In this document: in pieces, positions 12,041-25,675 of the stretch
Layout: the number at the start of each line of letters is the position of its first letter
Position numbering within the stretch: position 1 is the first letter of the stretch
Made by a program: the position numbers and the translations under genes
The notes under the pieces: model-generated
The model's database searches: none
What the model was told of the DNA's origin: nothing
The model's input: only the letters and a program-made list of their open reading frames with translations
From: Octopus bimaculoides
Taxonomy: Eukaryota
Assembly: GCF_001194135.2 (NCBI RefSeq)
Contig: NC_068985.1
Span: 7,217,641-7,281,640, forward strand
Direction of reading: 5' to 3'
Length of the DNA stretch: 64,000 nt

Positions 12041-12587
12041 AACCAACATCATTAATACTACGATAAACTGTTATAGACTAGAGTTGATCAACGATCAGCC
12101 ATGTCTACACTTATCTTGACTTTCTGTCATTCCATCTTCATACGCCTAATACTTTTATAAATGACGTCATCACTACTCAATACAACGTTATGCAGCAATG
12201 GATGCCCCCCCCCACTTCTGTTAATTCAAACAGCTACAAAAACCAAACTGTTTTTGAAAGTAGAAGCCGTTTATTACTGTGGTAGTCTGTGCACCCAGCT
12301 ACACAACAATAGAAAGATGAATTGATCAAAGTTAGAATAATTGTTGTTCATAGACATATTGGTACTACAAACCTCAGTTTAAATAAGAAAAATTACTTCA
12401 ACGATACACACTGGAAATTCCCATGGCAACCAGCCTCTCCGCTACTTGTATCATTTATTCATATTGCCTGTCAAAACCATCGCAGCTTTCTTATTACAAT
12501 CGTCAGTCATTGTTTTTATCCTCAAATATATTCTCAAGATATTCAGGCAGATATGCAGACATTATATGCATGTGCGCACGCGAACGC

Positions 12588-12628
<41 letters not shown>

Positions 12629-12765
12629 TGGGCATGCATAACTGTATGAAATACCTTTCCAGTTTTAGTTTTTCTTTTCTTTTCATTTCTTTCCAGCTGA
12701 TCTATGTAAATAAATGTTTGTATGTATGCATGTATGTATGTATGTATGTATCGACAGAGAGGCAG

Positions 12766-12838
<73 letters not shown>
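12766..12838. repeat. (GATA)n tetranucleotide microsatellite
   Basis: Seen directly; preceded by (GT)n and (ATGT)n tracts at 12593-12750. Confidence 0.95.
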
Positions 12839-12839
<1 letters not shown>

Positions 12840-13377
12840 GAACGTGGTTAGTTGTACTGACGGTGTTACAATCGTCGTTTAGATTTCCAAATAGGCAGTG
12901 TGTTGAGTTGTTTAGCAAAAGACTTCTTTTCACATTGCTCCAGTCCTCTTTGCTGTAAACGTCAACGCTGAGATGGTCTGGCTTTCTTTTAATTTAGTGG
13001 CATCATTTGACAGGAAAACGCATTGTGATCAGTGGCGTATAGCAACATCCTATAGCCTGGTCGATAGAGTGATACACATAGAGACATATCTATATATAAT
13101 ATATATGATAGAAATACCATATATATANNNNNNNNNNNNNNNNNNNNNNNNNNNNNNNNNNNNNNNNNNNNNNNNNNNNNNNNNNNNNNNNNNNNNNNNN
13201 NNNNNNNNNNNNNNNNNNNNNNNNNNNNNNNNNNNNNNNNNNNNNNNNNNNNNNNNNNNNNNNNNNNNNNNNNNNNNNNNNNNNNNNNNNNNNNNNNNNN
13301 NNNNNNNNNNNNNNNNNNNNNNNNNNNNNNNNNNNNNNNNNNNNNNNNNNNNNNNNNNNNNNNNNNNNNNNNNNNNN

Positions 13378-13417
<40 letters not shown>

Positions 13418-13759
13418 CACACAAATACACACACAGACACACACACATATATATATATATATACACACATACACATGCGTGTGTTTCAGCGTACTAGTGT
13501 AAAATATGGCTTTTTTCAAGAGACATCTCACGAAGAAATGTTTAGATAAAATGTTTAGAAGTGTGCAATGAAAAATTAAAGGCACAAGAGCACTCAGAGA
13601 GCGCAAACCTCCACCAAGGCAACACCAACATCCTCTCCAGAGATGATTTTTAAAATGAGAATATCGGAAGTAAATTTGACTGCTCTCACAAACGAGAAGA
13701 CTAAAAATGAAGCCGGCCGCTCTCAATAATTAAGTATAAAAAAAAAAAGAAGAAAACAG

Positions 13760-13953
13760 GGAAAATAATCCAGAATCCTTATTCGATACCGGATTGATCT
13801 TAAAATCTAACAAGTTCGTGCCAGTCACGAGGACAAACATCCCTGAAATTTTTATCCGAATTCTTCTAGCGGTTCTTGAGAAATCTTGTCCACGGTCAAA
13901 CAAACAAACACGACTGAAGACAATATCCCCGGCTTCGCTAAAGCGGAGGTAAT
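13760..13953 (+). mobile_element. Non-autonomous Helitron/Helentron-like (HINE/DINE-like) element, 3' part
   Basis: Core aaatttttatccgaattcttctagcggttcttgaga, followed by (CAAA)n and a terminal hairpin cttcgc-taaa-gcggag. This architecture resembles HINE/Lep1-type elements (inference from recalled families). Confidence 0.45.
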
Positions 13954-16334
13954 GAAATAGATAATGGATTTATGAATTATTTAAGGGAAGATAATGAATG
14001 AAATCCATTCATTGCTGCTAAAAAGTGTTAATCTTAGTTGTCTTTTGCGTTCAAAGTACAATTATAAACTCATAATACGGAACACTGACAGTATTAACAG
14101 AAATTTATACGAACATCTGTATCTAATAGGCAAGCGTTATCGATGCATATCTCTATATAAAAGTACTATTTAGCTGAGAGCAGTGCTTTTGTGCGCGTAG
14201 GGTAACTATTCTGCCTACAACTCAGCAAAGCTTCACATACTTCCTTTCTATGTCTTATAGTGTTTTCAACCATCCCAGGCGTATCTACTCACACGTTTTG
14301 CAGTTTGACGCAAGGAAAATACATCGCTTTCATCCGTTGTTTAACCGTAAGCGCAGATAAATGTTTCCTCCCAAGAGGAAAAGTCCTGCACGACAACGTC
14401 AATTATTTTACGATTTTCAATTTTGAAATAAGGGATATTGTAGTGACCCTTAAGATAGACGCGGCTCACAATTACACTCTCCCTGTATATGTTAGCAACA
14501 AACATTGTAATATTAGCAATCTGGCATAACAGTTGATAATGCTATTGTATTGTGTAGATTCTACACTGTAGACGAAAGACGGTAGCAAAGAGCTTATGTG
14601 TATCACATTTGACAACCGTAATGGCATGACTGAATTTTCCGTTTAAATACGAATCCAAGGGCTCCAGCAGGTGGAAGCTTAACAACACTATTTTAACTAA
14701 TCAACGTGCAGCTTAGACGTCACGGTTTCATGAACAAGGAAATCAGGTTAGAATTGACAGCGTTTATTTCTTTTATACGTTTCAGCCCTAAGGCTGTGGC
14801 CATGCTGGATTACCTCCAGTTTATTCATAGAAACATTTTAAACGATCGGAAACAACAATGGAGGATTCGGCAACAATGAGATATTGAGAGACATTTGATG
14901 CTACAAAACGTTAGCCTGACTTGAATGTATTTGAATGAAATGAAGTGCGAATTCTGACTAATAACCCAGTTCAAATTACTACAGTTTTTTTAGTAAGATT
15001 AATTCTAAATCAATAACAACTTTAATCTTTATATTATTGTCCACTCAGAAGAACAGGTTTAAACTTCTTCTCAATAAAATTCTTTTCATTTACTGTTCTT
15101 TGCATATTTCTACATGATTGTTCAATGGAGTCTGGTAATCAATACGGTCTCAAAATTTGTTGCCATTAATGTTTTAGCTCACAATACGGTAATTTGATAC
15201 AGTACATGACATTTCTACTTTTGGAGTTCATATATACATTCGGAAATATTCTTCGTCCGGCTTTTGTGTTGATATACCGGCATGTACTACAGCAATTGTC
15301 CTCGCATTTGGACACCATGAGTGTTTAGCCACTGTTATTTAAATCAAAATTTAGTTTCTCCAACAATTGCTTCGAGTATGTTTTGAACAGGTGTACATCC
15401 AGTAATTAAATAGTTCAGTTCGTAACTTTCATGACAGGTCAGTTTAATTTAATGTTAAAAATATGTTGATGATAACGATTGTGCGTTACTACAACAGATA
15501 CAATATTGTTTTTCGTTCCTCTTTCTTAGGTTGTTCTGTGATATTCTATAGATGTTTGTTTTGCGCGTTTTCTAAAACATTTTTTAAGTGAGGCTGGATA
15601 TATTTGTTTAAGTAGATACACCTTATGTTCTTTGAACCATTTGTCCTTGGTATTTCTACCATCAACAATGATACAAACTTCCGTTTTCTGTGTGTTGGAC
15701 GACATGGTTTCACGTTCAGGTACTGATGTGATCTGTACATTTTGGGTAATATATATCAATAGCGCTATTTTCTTTAATCACCATTATATCGAAAGTTAGC
15801 ATAAAACTGGAATAAGAGGACGAGTGCTTTCGAGAAGCTTAAACTCATTCTCAATAACTGAGAATAAATTTTACTCGAAAACTGTAGAATCATTAAGAGT
15901 AAGATAAACCTGAATCTACAAAAGACTTCATTTAAAAATATTTAAGGCAACGATAAAATTTGTAGCATGAGATGTTTCTCAACAGCTGATTGGAGCCGTG
16001 AAATCTATCGGTGCCTTTGATTGGTTAAAATATTTCTAAAAATAAATATTTTCAATGTCAACTGCGTTACCGCGTTCATGAAGCCGTAACGCCTAAGCCC
16101 CACGCTGATTGGTTAAAATAGTGTTCGTAAGGCTCAGCCTGCCGGAACTTGGTCAATGGTATTTACAGAAAAATTTCATCATCTTCTTAAAGCTGCTACT
16201 ACGTAAACATTTATCTGACGATTCATATAAAACATTTTTTTTTAAATTGTAATATGTAATAACTGTCAAATTCTGAAAAAAATACAAAAATAAAATGTGA
16301 AGATCGGATAATATTGCAAAGTGATCGACAAAAT

Positions 16335-16570
<236 letters not shown>

Positions 16571-17348
16571 TCGCGCACATTCATACATATGCACATGTCT
16601 ATATAGAATCAAAAACAAGTACATAAGACACTATATGTATTCTACTTTTAACACGCACGATATTATTCATGATACTATATATTCTCAAGTTAACATGCAC
16701 ATTCGCAAATATATGTTCACATTATTCTATTAATCACACTTTCTGAATTTCCAAATATCTTAATTACGCTCTTTCGCACAATAATCGCGCTTCTTCATTT
16801 CATATCTGATGACATTTCCGTGTAATAGCTCCCAGGTTGATTCGTTCACATGATTTATATTCTATTATAATTCAAAGTGTTACAACATGTTGTTCGCTTC
16901 TTCGTTTATTATTTTCTCTCCTTTTAACAAATCTTAGCTTTCTATGTATTTATTATCATTTTCATTACTTTCGTTTCAATATTAATTTAAAAGTTCTCAT
17001 TTACGTACTACTGCTAACGTGATACTATAAATCTTAAAACATGAAGGCAACTGTCGACTTATGCTATGTTTAAAGAGAACGGGTTAAAGACAGTGCTTTT
17101 TTTCTTAATCAGTCAAAAAGTTGCGCGTGTGTGTGTTGAAGTTTGTGTTTATTTTCAGTTATAATATAAACAATTTACATCAATCTGATTGGTTACTTTA
17201 TACTTTTGTAGAATGCGAATTCATTATTGTTATACCAGAAGACAGTGACTTCGAACTTTCTGCCAGCTAGGCCATCGTCAAGCAATGCAAAATTACTGTT
17301 AACAACATTTTCATATGAGAATAGAATATGTGTGTGTGTGTATGTATG

Positions 17349-17390
<42 letters not shown>

Positions 17391-18100
17391 NNNNNNNNNN
17401 NNNNNNNNNNNNNNNNNNNNNNNNNNNNNNNNNNNNNNNNNNNNNNNNNNNNNNNNNNNNNNNNNNNNNNNNNNNNNNNNNNNNNNNNNNNNNNNNNNNN
17501 NNNNNNNNNNNNNNNNNNNNNNNNNNNNNNNNNNNNNNNNNNNNNNNNNNNNNNNNNNNNNNNNNNNNNNNNNNNNNNNNNNNNNNNNNNNNNNNNNNNN
17601 NNNNNNNNNNNNNNNNNNNNNNNNNNNNNNNNNNNNNNNNNNNNNNNNNNNNNNNNNNNNNNNNNNNNNNNNNNNNNNNNNNNNNNNNNNNNNNNNNNNN
17701 NNNNNNNNNNNNNNNNNNNNNNNNNNNNNNNNNNNNNNNNNNNNNNNNNNNNNNNNNNNNNNNNNNNNNNNNNNNNNNNNNNNNNNNNNNNNNNNNNNNN
17801 NNNNNNNNNNNNNNNNNNNNNNNNNNNNNNNNNNNNNNNNNNNNNNNNNNNNNNNNNNNNNNNNNNNNNNNNNNNNNNNNNNNNNNNNNNNNNNNNNNNN
17901 NNNNNNNNNNNNNNNNNNNNNNNNNNNNNNNNNNNNNNNNNNNNNNNNNNNNNNNNNNNNNNNNNNNNNNNNNNNNNNNNNNNNNNNNNNNNNNNNNNNN
18001 NNNNNNNNNNNNNNNNNNNNNNNNNNNNNNTATGTATGTATGTATATGTATGTATGCATGTATGCATGTATGTATGTATGTATGTATGTATGTATGTGTG

Positions 18101-18134
<34 letters not shown>

Positions 18135-19002
18135 TAGATATATATATAGATATGTGTGTCTGTGTAGATATATAGTGTGTATATATAGAGAGGGTGAGAG
18201 AGATGCATATATGCATGCAAATGATTTAGCCGTGAAGAGTGAATGGTTAATATTTAGAGTTGCATGAATTAATATACATAGCTTATTAAAAGCTGGTTCA
18301 GCAGTGTTAATTACGCTTTGTTTCCAATCGCTGAATAATTATGAAGAATGAAAAATAAAAATACGAATAATATACCAACAAATAAGAATATGAATTATAT
18401 ACGCACAATGCCTAAAATTTGGGAAATTAGACCTGCGAGTGCATGGTCTGCAGTACTTAACTGATATTCTGCTTACTCAACCACGGAACAATAAAAGATA
18501 AGGTTGACTTCGGTGTAAATTCAGCTGAGAACATAAGGCGTCTGAATCAATATTCACGAAATGTTTTCTCTCTTCTCAGTGCAAATAAGCAGCCGAACGT
18601 CCGTAACAGGTTTTGGTCGAATGAATTAGAATGGTACATTAGGAATTTAGAGGCTGAATTTAGATAATATAACCGTTATATGAACAATAAACTGAGAGCG
18701 AGCGTTTGGAGATTTGCCACTAAAAGAATCTAAGAAATGTTATGAATGAATATAAGAAATAATTTCAGAATATCAAGAACTGGCTGTATAAATCATCGCA
18801 TGTAAGAACAGAAATAATGGTAGGAGAGTCAAAAAATTTGATTTTTGGAGGGGAAACATATCAAAATATGTTTAAATATGTTTAAAGGTTAAAATTTGAA
18901 GAAAAAAATAATGTTGTAGTGAAATTTCCTGGATTATCCGCCTGGATGCTTGTAGTTATAAATCAAACGTTTTGAAGTATGATATTCAACGCATTACAGA
19001 GC

Positions 19003-19076
<74 letters not shown>

Positions 19077-19682
19077 TAATAAAATGCCCGGATGAAGTAC
19101 CAGGCAGTGGCTCTCATGGCTTCTGAACTTAATTGATTGGAAGTGTTTTGGAATTGTTTTGTCTTGGTATAAAAAGATGGGCTACAGCAAATATTCTGCT
19201 CTATACCACAGATTTGATTGTCAGTTGTTTGACCTTAACCAGTTGAGCATGTNNNNNNNNNNGATTTGATTGTCAGTTGTTTGACCTTAACCAGTTGAGC
19301 ATGTCCCTTGGTGGCTGACGATATGTGCATCTCTAATCATGAGCAGAAGTAGTGGGGGAGCGGTATAGCCATATGTTAAGAGGAATTCTTTGGGGTTTGA
19401 ATAATTCACCTTCGAAAACATTGGTGTTTTGCTCAACATCCTGAAACAAACCTTTATTCAGGGAGCTTTTGAGCGTGATGGGCTACTCGACCTGAAGAAA
19501 ATTCTAACTGCGAGGTCATGCGCTGTTTATCGTGACATGAGATCATCATGTCGTGCATATATGGTTGTGGTGCACGTGCCTGGTGTACCCTTATCAGACG
19601 GTTAGTCATGATGGGTATAACGGGCTTCGTATATTTTATTTACCCCAGTGTCACTTTGATGGCATGCACTGCTCTCTCATTC

Positions 19683-19717
<35 letters not shown>

Positions 19718-19728
19718 TAATTATAATA
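19003..19728 (+). mobile_element. Probable 3' UTR of an R4/Dong-like LINE between two (AAT)n tracts
   Basis: About 600 bp of non-coding sequence bracketed by (AAT)n at 19003-19080 and 19682-19728, directly followed by an R4-type endonuclease C-terminus. The UTR identity is recalled from similar octopus repeats and was not verified. Confidence 0.5.
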
Positions 19729-19950
19729 ATAAAGATCTTGAAAGATAATGATCTTTGAATACAAATTAGCAAAATGTGGAACCTGAAAACTGAAACAATA
19801 CCCGTTGTCATAGGTGCCGTAGGAATAATAGCAAAAGGGGCTGATTGCTACCTAGCTCAGATACCAGGAAACCCCAACATGGCAGAAATTCAAAAGATAG
19901 TGCTCATGGGAACTGCCCATTTCCTACGTAAAAACTGTCTATGTAATCTC
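19729..19950 (+). mobile_element. R4/Dong-like LINE restriction-like endonuclease (RLE) C-terminus
   Basis: KDLE..ISKMWNLKTETIPVVIGAVGII...IQKIVLMGTAHFLRK matches the typical KYxDL...MW...IP(V/I)(V/I)(I/V)GALG...QKxxLLGTAHILRK end of R4-clade ORFs. Confidence 0.85.
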
Positions 19951-20004
19951 AAATTTTAAAGCAAACACATAATGTTTCAATGTGATACGACGCAGGTGTT
20001 GTTA

Positions 20005-20915
20005 GGTGGACAGAGAACATAAAAAGTACGGCCTGAACAGAGCACAGAAACGATACGAACATGAACCAGAAGGTGTTGCCAAGAACAAGGGATATAAGAT
20101 ACAGTGGGATTTCACGATCCAATGTGATACTCTAATTGACGCTCGGAGATCAGATATTGCTGTGGTAGATAAAGGAAAAAGGAAACCAAGATCATAAATA
20201 TTGCAATACCTGGAGATGCACGCATAAGTGACAAAGAACTGGAAAATGATGAAAAAGTTGTTGTTGGCACTCCGTCGCTTACGACGTCGAGGGTTCCAGT
20301 CGATCCGATCAATGGAACAGCCTGCTCGTGAAATCAACGTGCAAGTGGTTGAGCACTCCACAGACACGTGTACCCTTACCGTAGTTCTCGGGTATATTCA
20401 GCGTGACACAGTGTGACAAGGCTGACCCTTTTGAAATACAGGTACAACAGAAACAGGAACTAAGAGTGAGAGAAAATTGTGGTGAAAGAGTACAGCAGGG
20501 TTCGCCACCATCCCCTGCCAGAGCCTCGTGGAGCTTTAGGTGTTTTCGCTCAATAAACACTCACAACGCCCGGTCTGGGAATCGAAACCGCGAGTCCGCT
20601 GCCCTAACCTCTAGGCCATTGCGCCTCCACAATGAAAAAGTACAGACTACTAAAAGACGAAATTGCAAGAATAGTTGTAGGGGCACTCGGAGCACTAACA
20701 ACCAAGTTCGAGAAATGTGTCAAAGAAATCGGAATTGACGTGAGAGAAGAGCAAGCTCCAAAAAACCACTGTGCTGGAGACAGCTAGGATATTGAGATTG
20801 ATACTTGGGTGTTGAATGTCTCTCACGATAATAACAAACAAGTGTACGGAAAGAGACCCTCGTAGAATCTACCAGAACAAACAAGACCGAACATTCTGAG
20901 AAGTATAACAATAAC
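20005..20915 (+). mobile_element. Second R4/Dong-like LINE 3' fragment (RLE domain), split by a SINE A insertion
   Basis: YEHEPEGVAKNKGYKIQWDFTIQCDTLIDARRSDIAVVD...IAIPGDARISDKELE before the SINE, and EKYRLLKDEIARIVVGALGALTTKF...QKTTVLETARILR after it. The fragment ends in (AAC/AAT)n at about 20906-20930. Confidence 0.88.
20258..20631 (-). mobile_element. SINE family A, full length, (CAA)n tail, 9-bp TSD ATGAAAAAG
   Basis: Reverse complement of the head at 20575-20630; tail ttgttgttgg at 20258. The TSD is at 20249-20257 and 20632-20640. Confidence 0.93.
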
Positions 20916-21089
20916 AACAATAATAATAATAGATGGCAGTATTTGTTTGCAATATGCGGTGTTTTGTTACTTGCAGTTTTGTTTGTTTTTTTTTGTGGGG
21001 TGAATTATTCGCTGAATATAACAGATTATTAGCAACGATATTTATCTTTAAATAGGTAAGTTTAAGTAAATTGATTATAAATATATCAT

Positions 21090-21435
21090 ATGAGAGCGCG
21101 TGGATTATTGGCAAGGGGGTTCGGCTCATCATCGTTGGGTCACGAATTCCATTTACGGTGAGGCGTTGTGAACTTGAAGAAAACACTTTATTTCTCATTG
21201 ACCCAGTTTATTCAGCTGGCAGAAATGACTTGTACCTGTATTTCAAAAGGTCAGCTTTGTTCTATTCTGTGTCACACTGAATCTTCTTGCGAAGATTCAG
21301 AATAAACTTTCCTGAGAAGTTTTTTAAGAACTTTGTTAAAGGTACGCGTTTTTGTGGAGTATTCAGCCACTTACTTCGTAATTTCACGAACAAACTGATC
21401 AACTGATACACTCGTCGTCGTAATCGACGAACAGC
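21090..21435 (+). mobile_element. SINE family D (different head, family-A-like 3' tail), decayed
   Basis: Head ggttcggctcat...aaaacacttta...ttcagctggca is shared with 48424-48742. The tail gtggagtattcagccactt...tcgtcgtcgtaatcgacg is shared with family A. Confidence 0.7.
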
Positions 21436-22856
21436 TGTACCATGAATATATTTGTCTGCTGGATATAATAACGTATAATCAAGTGAGATAACTTTGCTGT
21501 TCAAATTTCCCTGAACTCCTATCATTTATTAACAGCAAAACTAATAACACAATATGAATTATCATAGCCCAAATACAAGCAACCTTAAAATATCAGTGCC
21601 AATATCTTATTTACTATGACACTCAGAATCGACATAAACCCAAACAACATAGATTACACTACATTCACGATATTCACTAATAATTTTCAGAAGATAGGAG
21701 AAAAAATGTGACATAATTCTCAGTAACCTCATCTTTTAATAAATACAATAGGGCATCTGTTAGACTCGGCAAAACGTTATACATAATGAAAGACATTCTT
21801 CAGTGAAGACTGTTTTATAGCGTATGAGCACAGAAAAGAAATATACTGGTGTTTTGGTAATGCTGCGGGGTCTTACCTTGTTCCATTCAATAAATAACTT
21901 GAGTCAGCTTTTGTTGACACGTTCGATGAAATGTCCTTTATTCGGCCATAAGTGGACATAGTTAAGCCCAGCTTTTACAGATGCGATAACAAAGACACTT
22001 AATATCTTTCTGTCAATGAAGTTTTAACGAAAAAGAACGAGTACAGTATACTGTGAATCATACAGCATATTTCAGAGCATACAACAGAAGGCTATGACTT
22101 TTCCTTTGTGTGAGTAAGCTATTAATGGTTTTCCGCTGTTTTCTCTGTGTTAGTGTCTGTAAGCAATGAGCTTATTATGGACAGTACTATTTGCTTGCAG
22201 TTCGTTGCCAAAAAACGAACTATCGACCGCTTGTTGTACCACCTTTATAATAGAAAATGTTTATTCGAACTGTGTCATTTTTCGACTTAATGCTGACCAG
22301 GCAGATTCTTACTAGTTTCTTGAGAGATGAATATCTCTGTTGGAAACAGGTACGGGTTAGCGTGAGACAAAAAAAAAAAGAAAGAAAACATCCACCGTAG
22401 AACACTTTGTTTCAATGTACTTTTGTTCTTTTGTCTTCTGTTCCAAGTATGAAAACGTAAAGGATGATCAGTTTGTACATATTTCTATATGATTATTTAG
22501 CATAATATGACCATGTACAAAAATTTATTTTATACATGCATATATATATATATGTGTGNNNNNNNNNNNNNNNNNNNNNNNNNNNNNNNNNNNNNNNNNN
22601 NNNNNNNNNNNNNNNNNNNNNNATATATACATGTGTATATATACATACATCTATATGTATGCATATATGCAGATATACATGCGTATACCCCGCCATACAT
22701 ATATATATATATACACATACATATACATGTGTATATATACATACATCTATATGTATTCATATATGCAGATATACACACGTACACCCGGCTATATATATAT
22801 ATGCACATATGTGTATTTTTTGTACGTGTGTATATCCGCATATATGCATGCATATA

Positions 22857-22909
<53 letters not shown>

Positions 22910-24695
22910 TCATCCGCACGCACTCTTGCACATGCGCAGTCAGCTGCACACACATGCACATAGAGGTAGACACTGAAGCACACACACACCCATAGTCACA
23001 CACAGATACACATACACACAAAATCACACAAAAATAATGTCTACAAATTTTAAAGAAAATTGTCAGTTGCTCTGCAAATACGATGAGAATAAAGTATAAT
23101 TCCAATGAAAAAAAAATACATGAGGATCGAATTATTTTCTCGAGTCAATTTTAATCTAATAAATGGAAGATAAAGAAAAAAATGTTTTTGACATAGTGTT
23201 ACTGATAAGCTGAGTACGAAAGAACTGAATTTAACACTGAGAATTGTAAATTTATTTTGTACAGTTTCCGCTAAAAGTATAAGAGAAGGGCCAGCTGATT
23301 ATATCAATCACTGGATTGGACTGGTGGTATTGATGCGGGAATCTAAATTGCAAAATCGACCTTGACACTTGAACTCATAAATCTGAACGAATTTTTCTAA
23401 ACGCTTTTACATCTTTCCCTCAACGTGATACTGTTTCTGCAAATCAGAGATTCAGGGTCCTTTTATTGTCCTTAGTAAAGGTATTGATAGCAATGAATAA
23501 AAACATCCCCTTACATCGGTTCCTTGTTAAATTTTCTTCACGTACACATGTGGTGCCTCGCTGACAACAATCTGCTCACAATGTCGGAGTATTTATGCAA
23601 TCGCTTGACCTACTAGAAATAAAATTCAAATAAAAAGTTGACTCTATAACAGTTCACTGCTAGATACCGCAGCCAATTGTGCCCAAACTACTGTGTACCT
23701 TATTTTTCGTACCTCATCTTAGATAAACTATGTCTGCAAAAATAACAACAGCACAGTCACAACTTTAATACCTTCTGTTGTTACCCTACTGAATCATATT
23801 GGAATAAATTACATATTAATAAAGGAAGAACGTTGATCGATATCATCAACGATAGTTTTTGACAGGAACTTTATTGGATTTAACCTGAATCGAAAATCGT
23901 TAAAGTTGACCTCAGTTAGGTTTGAACTGAGAATGTAAGACTCGTAATAAACACTTCAAGGAACTTTTCCAAATCTCTAGCGATTCCGTCAGGTCTCCTG
24001 CTTGGTATTCTTGAGCCATATCTAAAAGCATCTTATATAAACTCTTCGAGATGATTGTTCGCTGTTCAGAAATGCATCTTAATATGATATGATTAAGGAT
24101 GTCGTTGTTAAGCGTCAGATTAGCTCCGACTGAGCAGAATATATGAACAATAACATTCAGCATCTTCCTGCATATTAGTTCGTCGGTCGTTGTCGGCGAT
24201 GACCAAGGACAAGGGAGAGAAAAACGGGGCTCGGTGTGTCCGGCTGCGGCCAATCATTCGGACACGTGCTCAGAAGGCTCTCTCGCAAGTCGTCTGCTGT
24301 TTGTCTGATGGCAGTGAAAGCAACAGATGGCTATGGACATGTGTAGTTGACGCTTTCTTTGTGCCCCCATAATCTTGTTCTGTTTGTAGTTGGTGTCACC
24401 TCTGTTGGTGCAGCATCATCGGGCTGGCAGGTCTTATGCTTGCGTTTTGCAAGTGTCGTGGTTGATCTCAAAGCATCTCAGTGAGACTTTAAGTGTGTTC
24501 TTCAAGCGATATTTTCTACCCACCATGCTACACCTGCCTTGCTTGCTTCTTACCTAAATTGACACTCCTTTCAAATACGGTGGCGTTTAGCTTTTTCTAA
24601 TAGATAGGGCGACTGAGTAGAAAGTAACCTGGGAGCACATGCGTATTTAAAGAAAATCTATGTGAGGGACTTCAAAACTATTCTGCTTTATTTGC

Positions 24696-24757
<62 letters not shown>

Positions 24758-25615
24758 NNNNNNNNNNNNNNNNNNNNNNNNNNNNNNNNNNNNNNNNNNN
24801 NNNNNNNNNNNNNNNNNNNNNNNNNNNNNNNNNNNNNNNNNNNNNNNNNNNNNNNNNNNNNNNNNNNNNNNNNNNNNNNNNNNNNNNNNNNNNNNNNNNN
24901 NNNNNNNNNNNNNNNNNNNNNNNNNNNNNNNNNNNNNNNNNNNNNNNNNNNNNNNNNNNNNNNNNNNNNNNNNNNNNNNNNNNNNNNNNNNNNNNNNNNN
25001 NNNNNNNNNNNNNNNNNNNNNNNNNNNNNNNNNNNNNNNNNNNNNNNNNNNNNNNNNNNNNNNNNNNNNNNNNNNNNNNNNNNNNNNNNNNNNNNNNNNN
25101 NNNNNNNNNNNNNNNNNNNNNNNNNNNNNNNNNNNNNNNNNNNNNNNNNNNNNNNNNNNNNNNNNNNNNNNNNNNNNNNNNNNNNNNNNNNNNNNNNNNN
25201 NNNNNNNNNNNNNNNNNNNNNNNNNNNNNNNNNNNNNNNNNNNNNNNNNNNNNNNNNNNNNNNNNNNNNNNNNNNNNNNNNNNNNNNNNNNNNNNNNNNN
25301 NNNNNNNNNNNNNNNNNNNNNNNNNNNNNNNNNNNNNNNNNNNNNNNNNNNNNNNNNNNNNNNNNNNNNNNNNNNNNNNNNNNNNNNNNNNNNNNNNNNN
25401 NNNNNNNNNNNNNNNNNNNNNNNNNNNNNNNNNNNNNNNNNNNNNNNNNNNNNNNNNNNNNNNNNNNNNNNNNNNNNNNNNNNNNNNNNNNNNNNNNNNN
25501 NNNNNNNNNNNNNNNNNNNNNNNNNNNNNNNNNNNNNNNNNNNNNNNNNNNNNNNNNNNNNNNNNNNNNNNNNNNNNNNNNNNNNNNNNNNNNNNNNNNN
25601 NNNNNNNNNNNNNNG

Positions 25616-25644
<29 letters not shown>

Positions 25645-25675
<31 letters not shown>

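Noticed and set aside
19211-19304. 42-bp tandem duplication
   Set aside because: Identical sequence lies on both sides of a 10-N gap, which is typical of an unmerged contig overlap (assembly artefact).
24248-24270. ER-stress element CCAAT-N9-CCACG
   Set aside because: The spacing and second half-site do not match the consensus.
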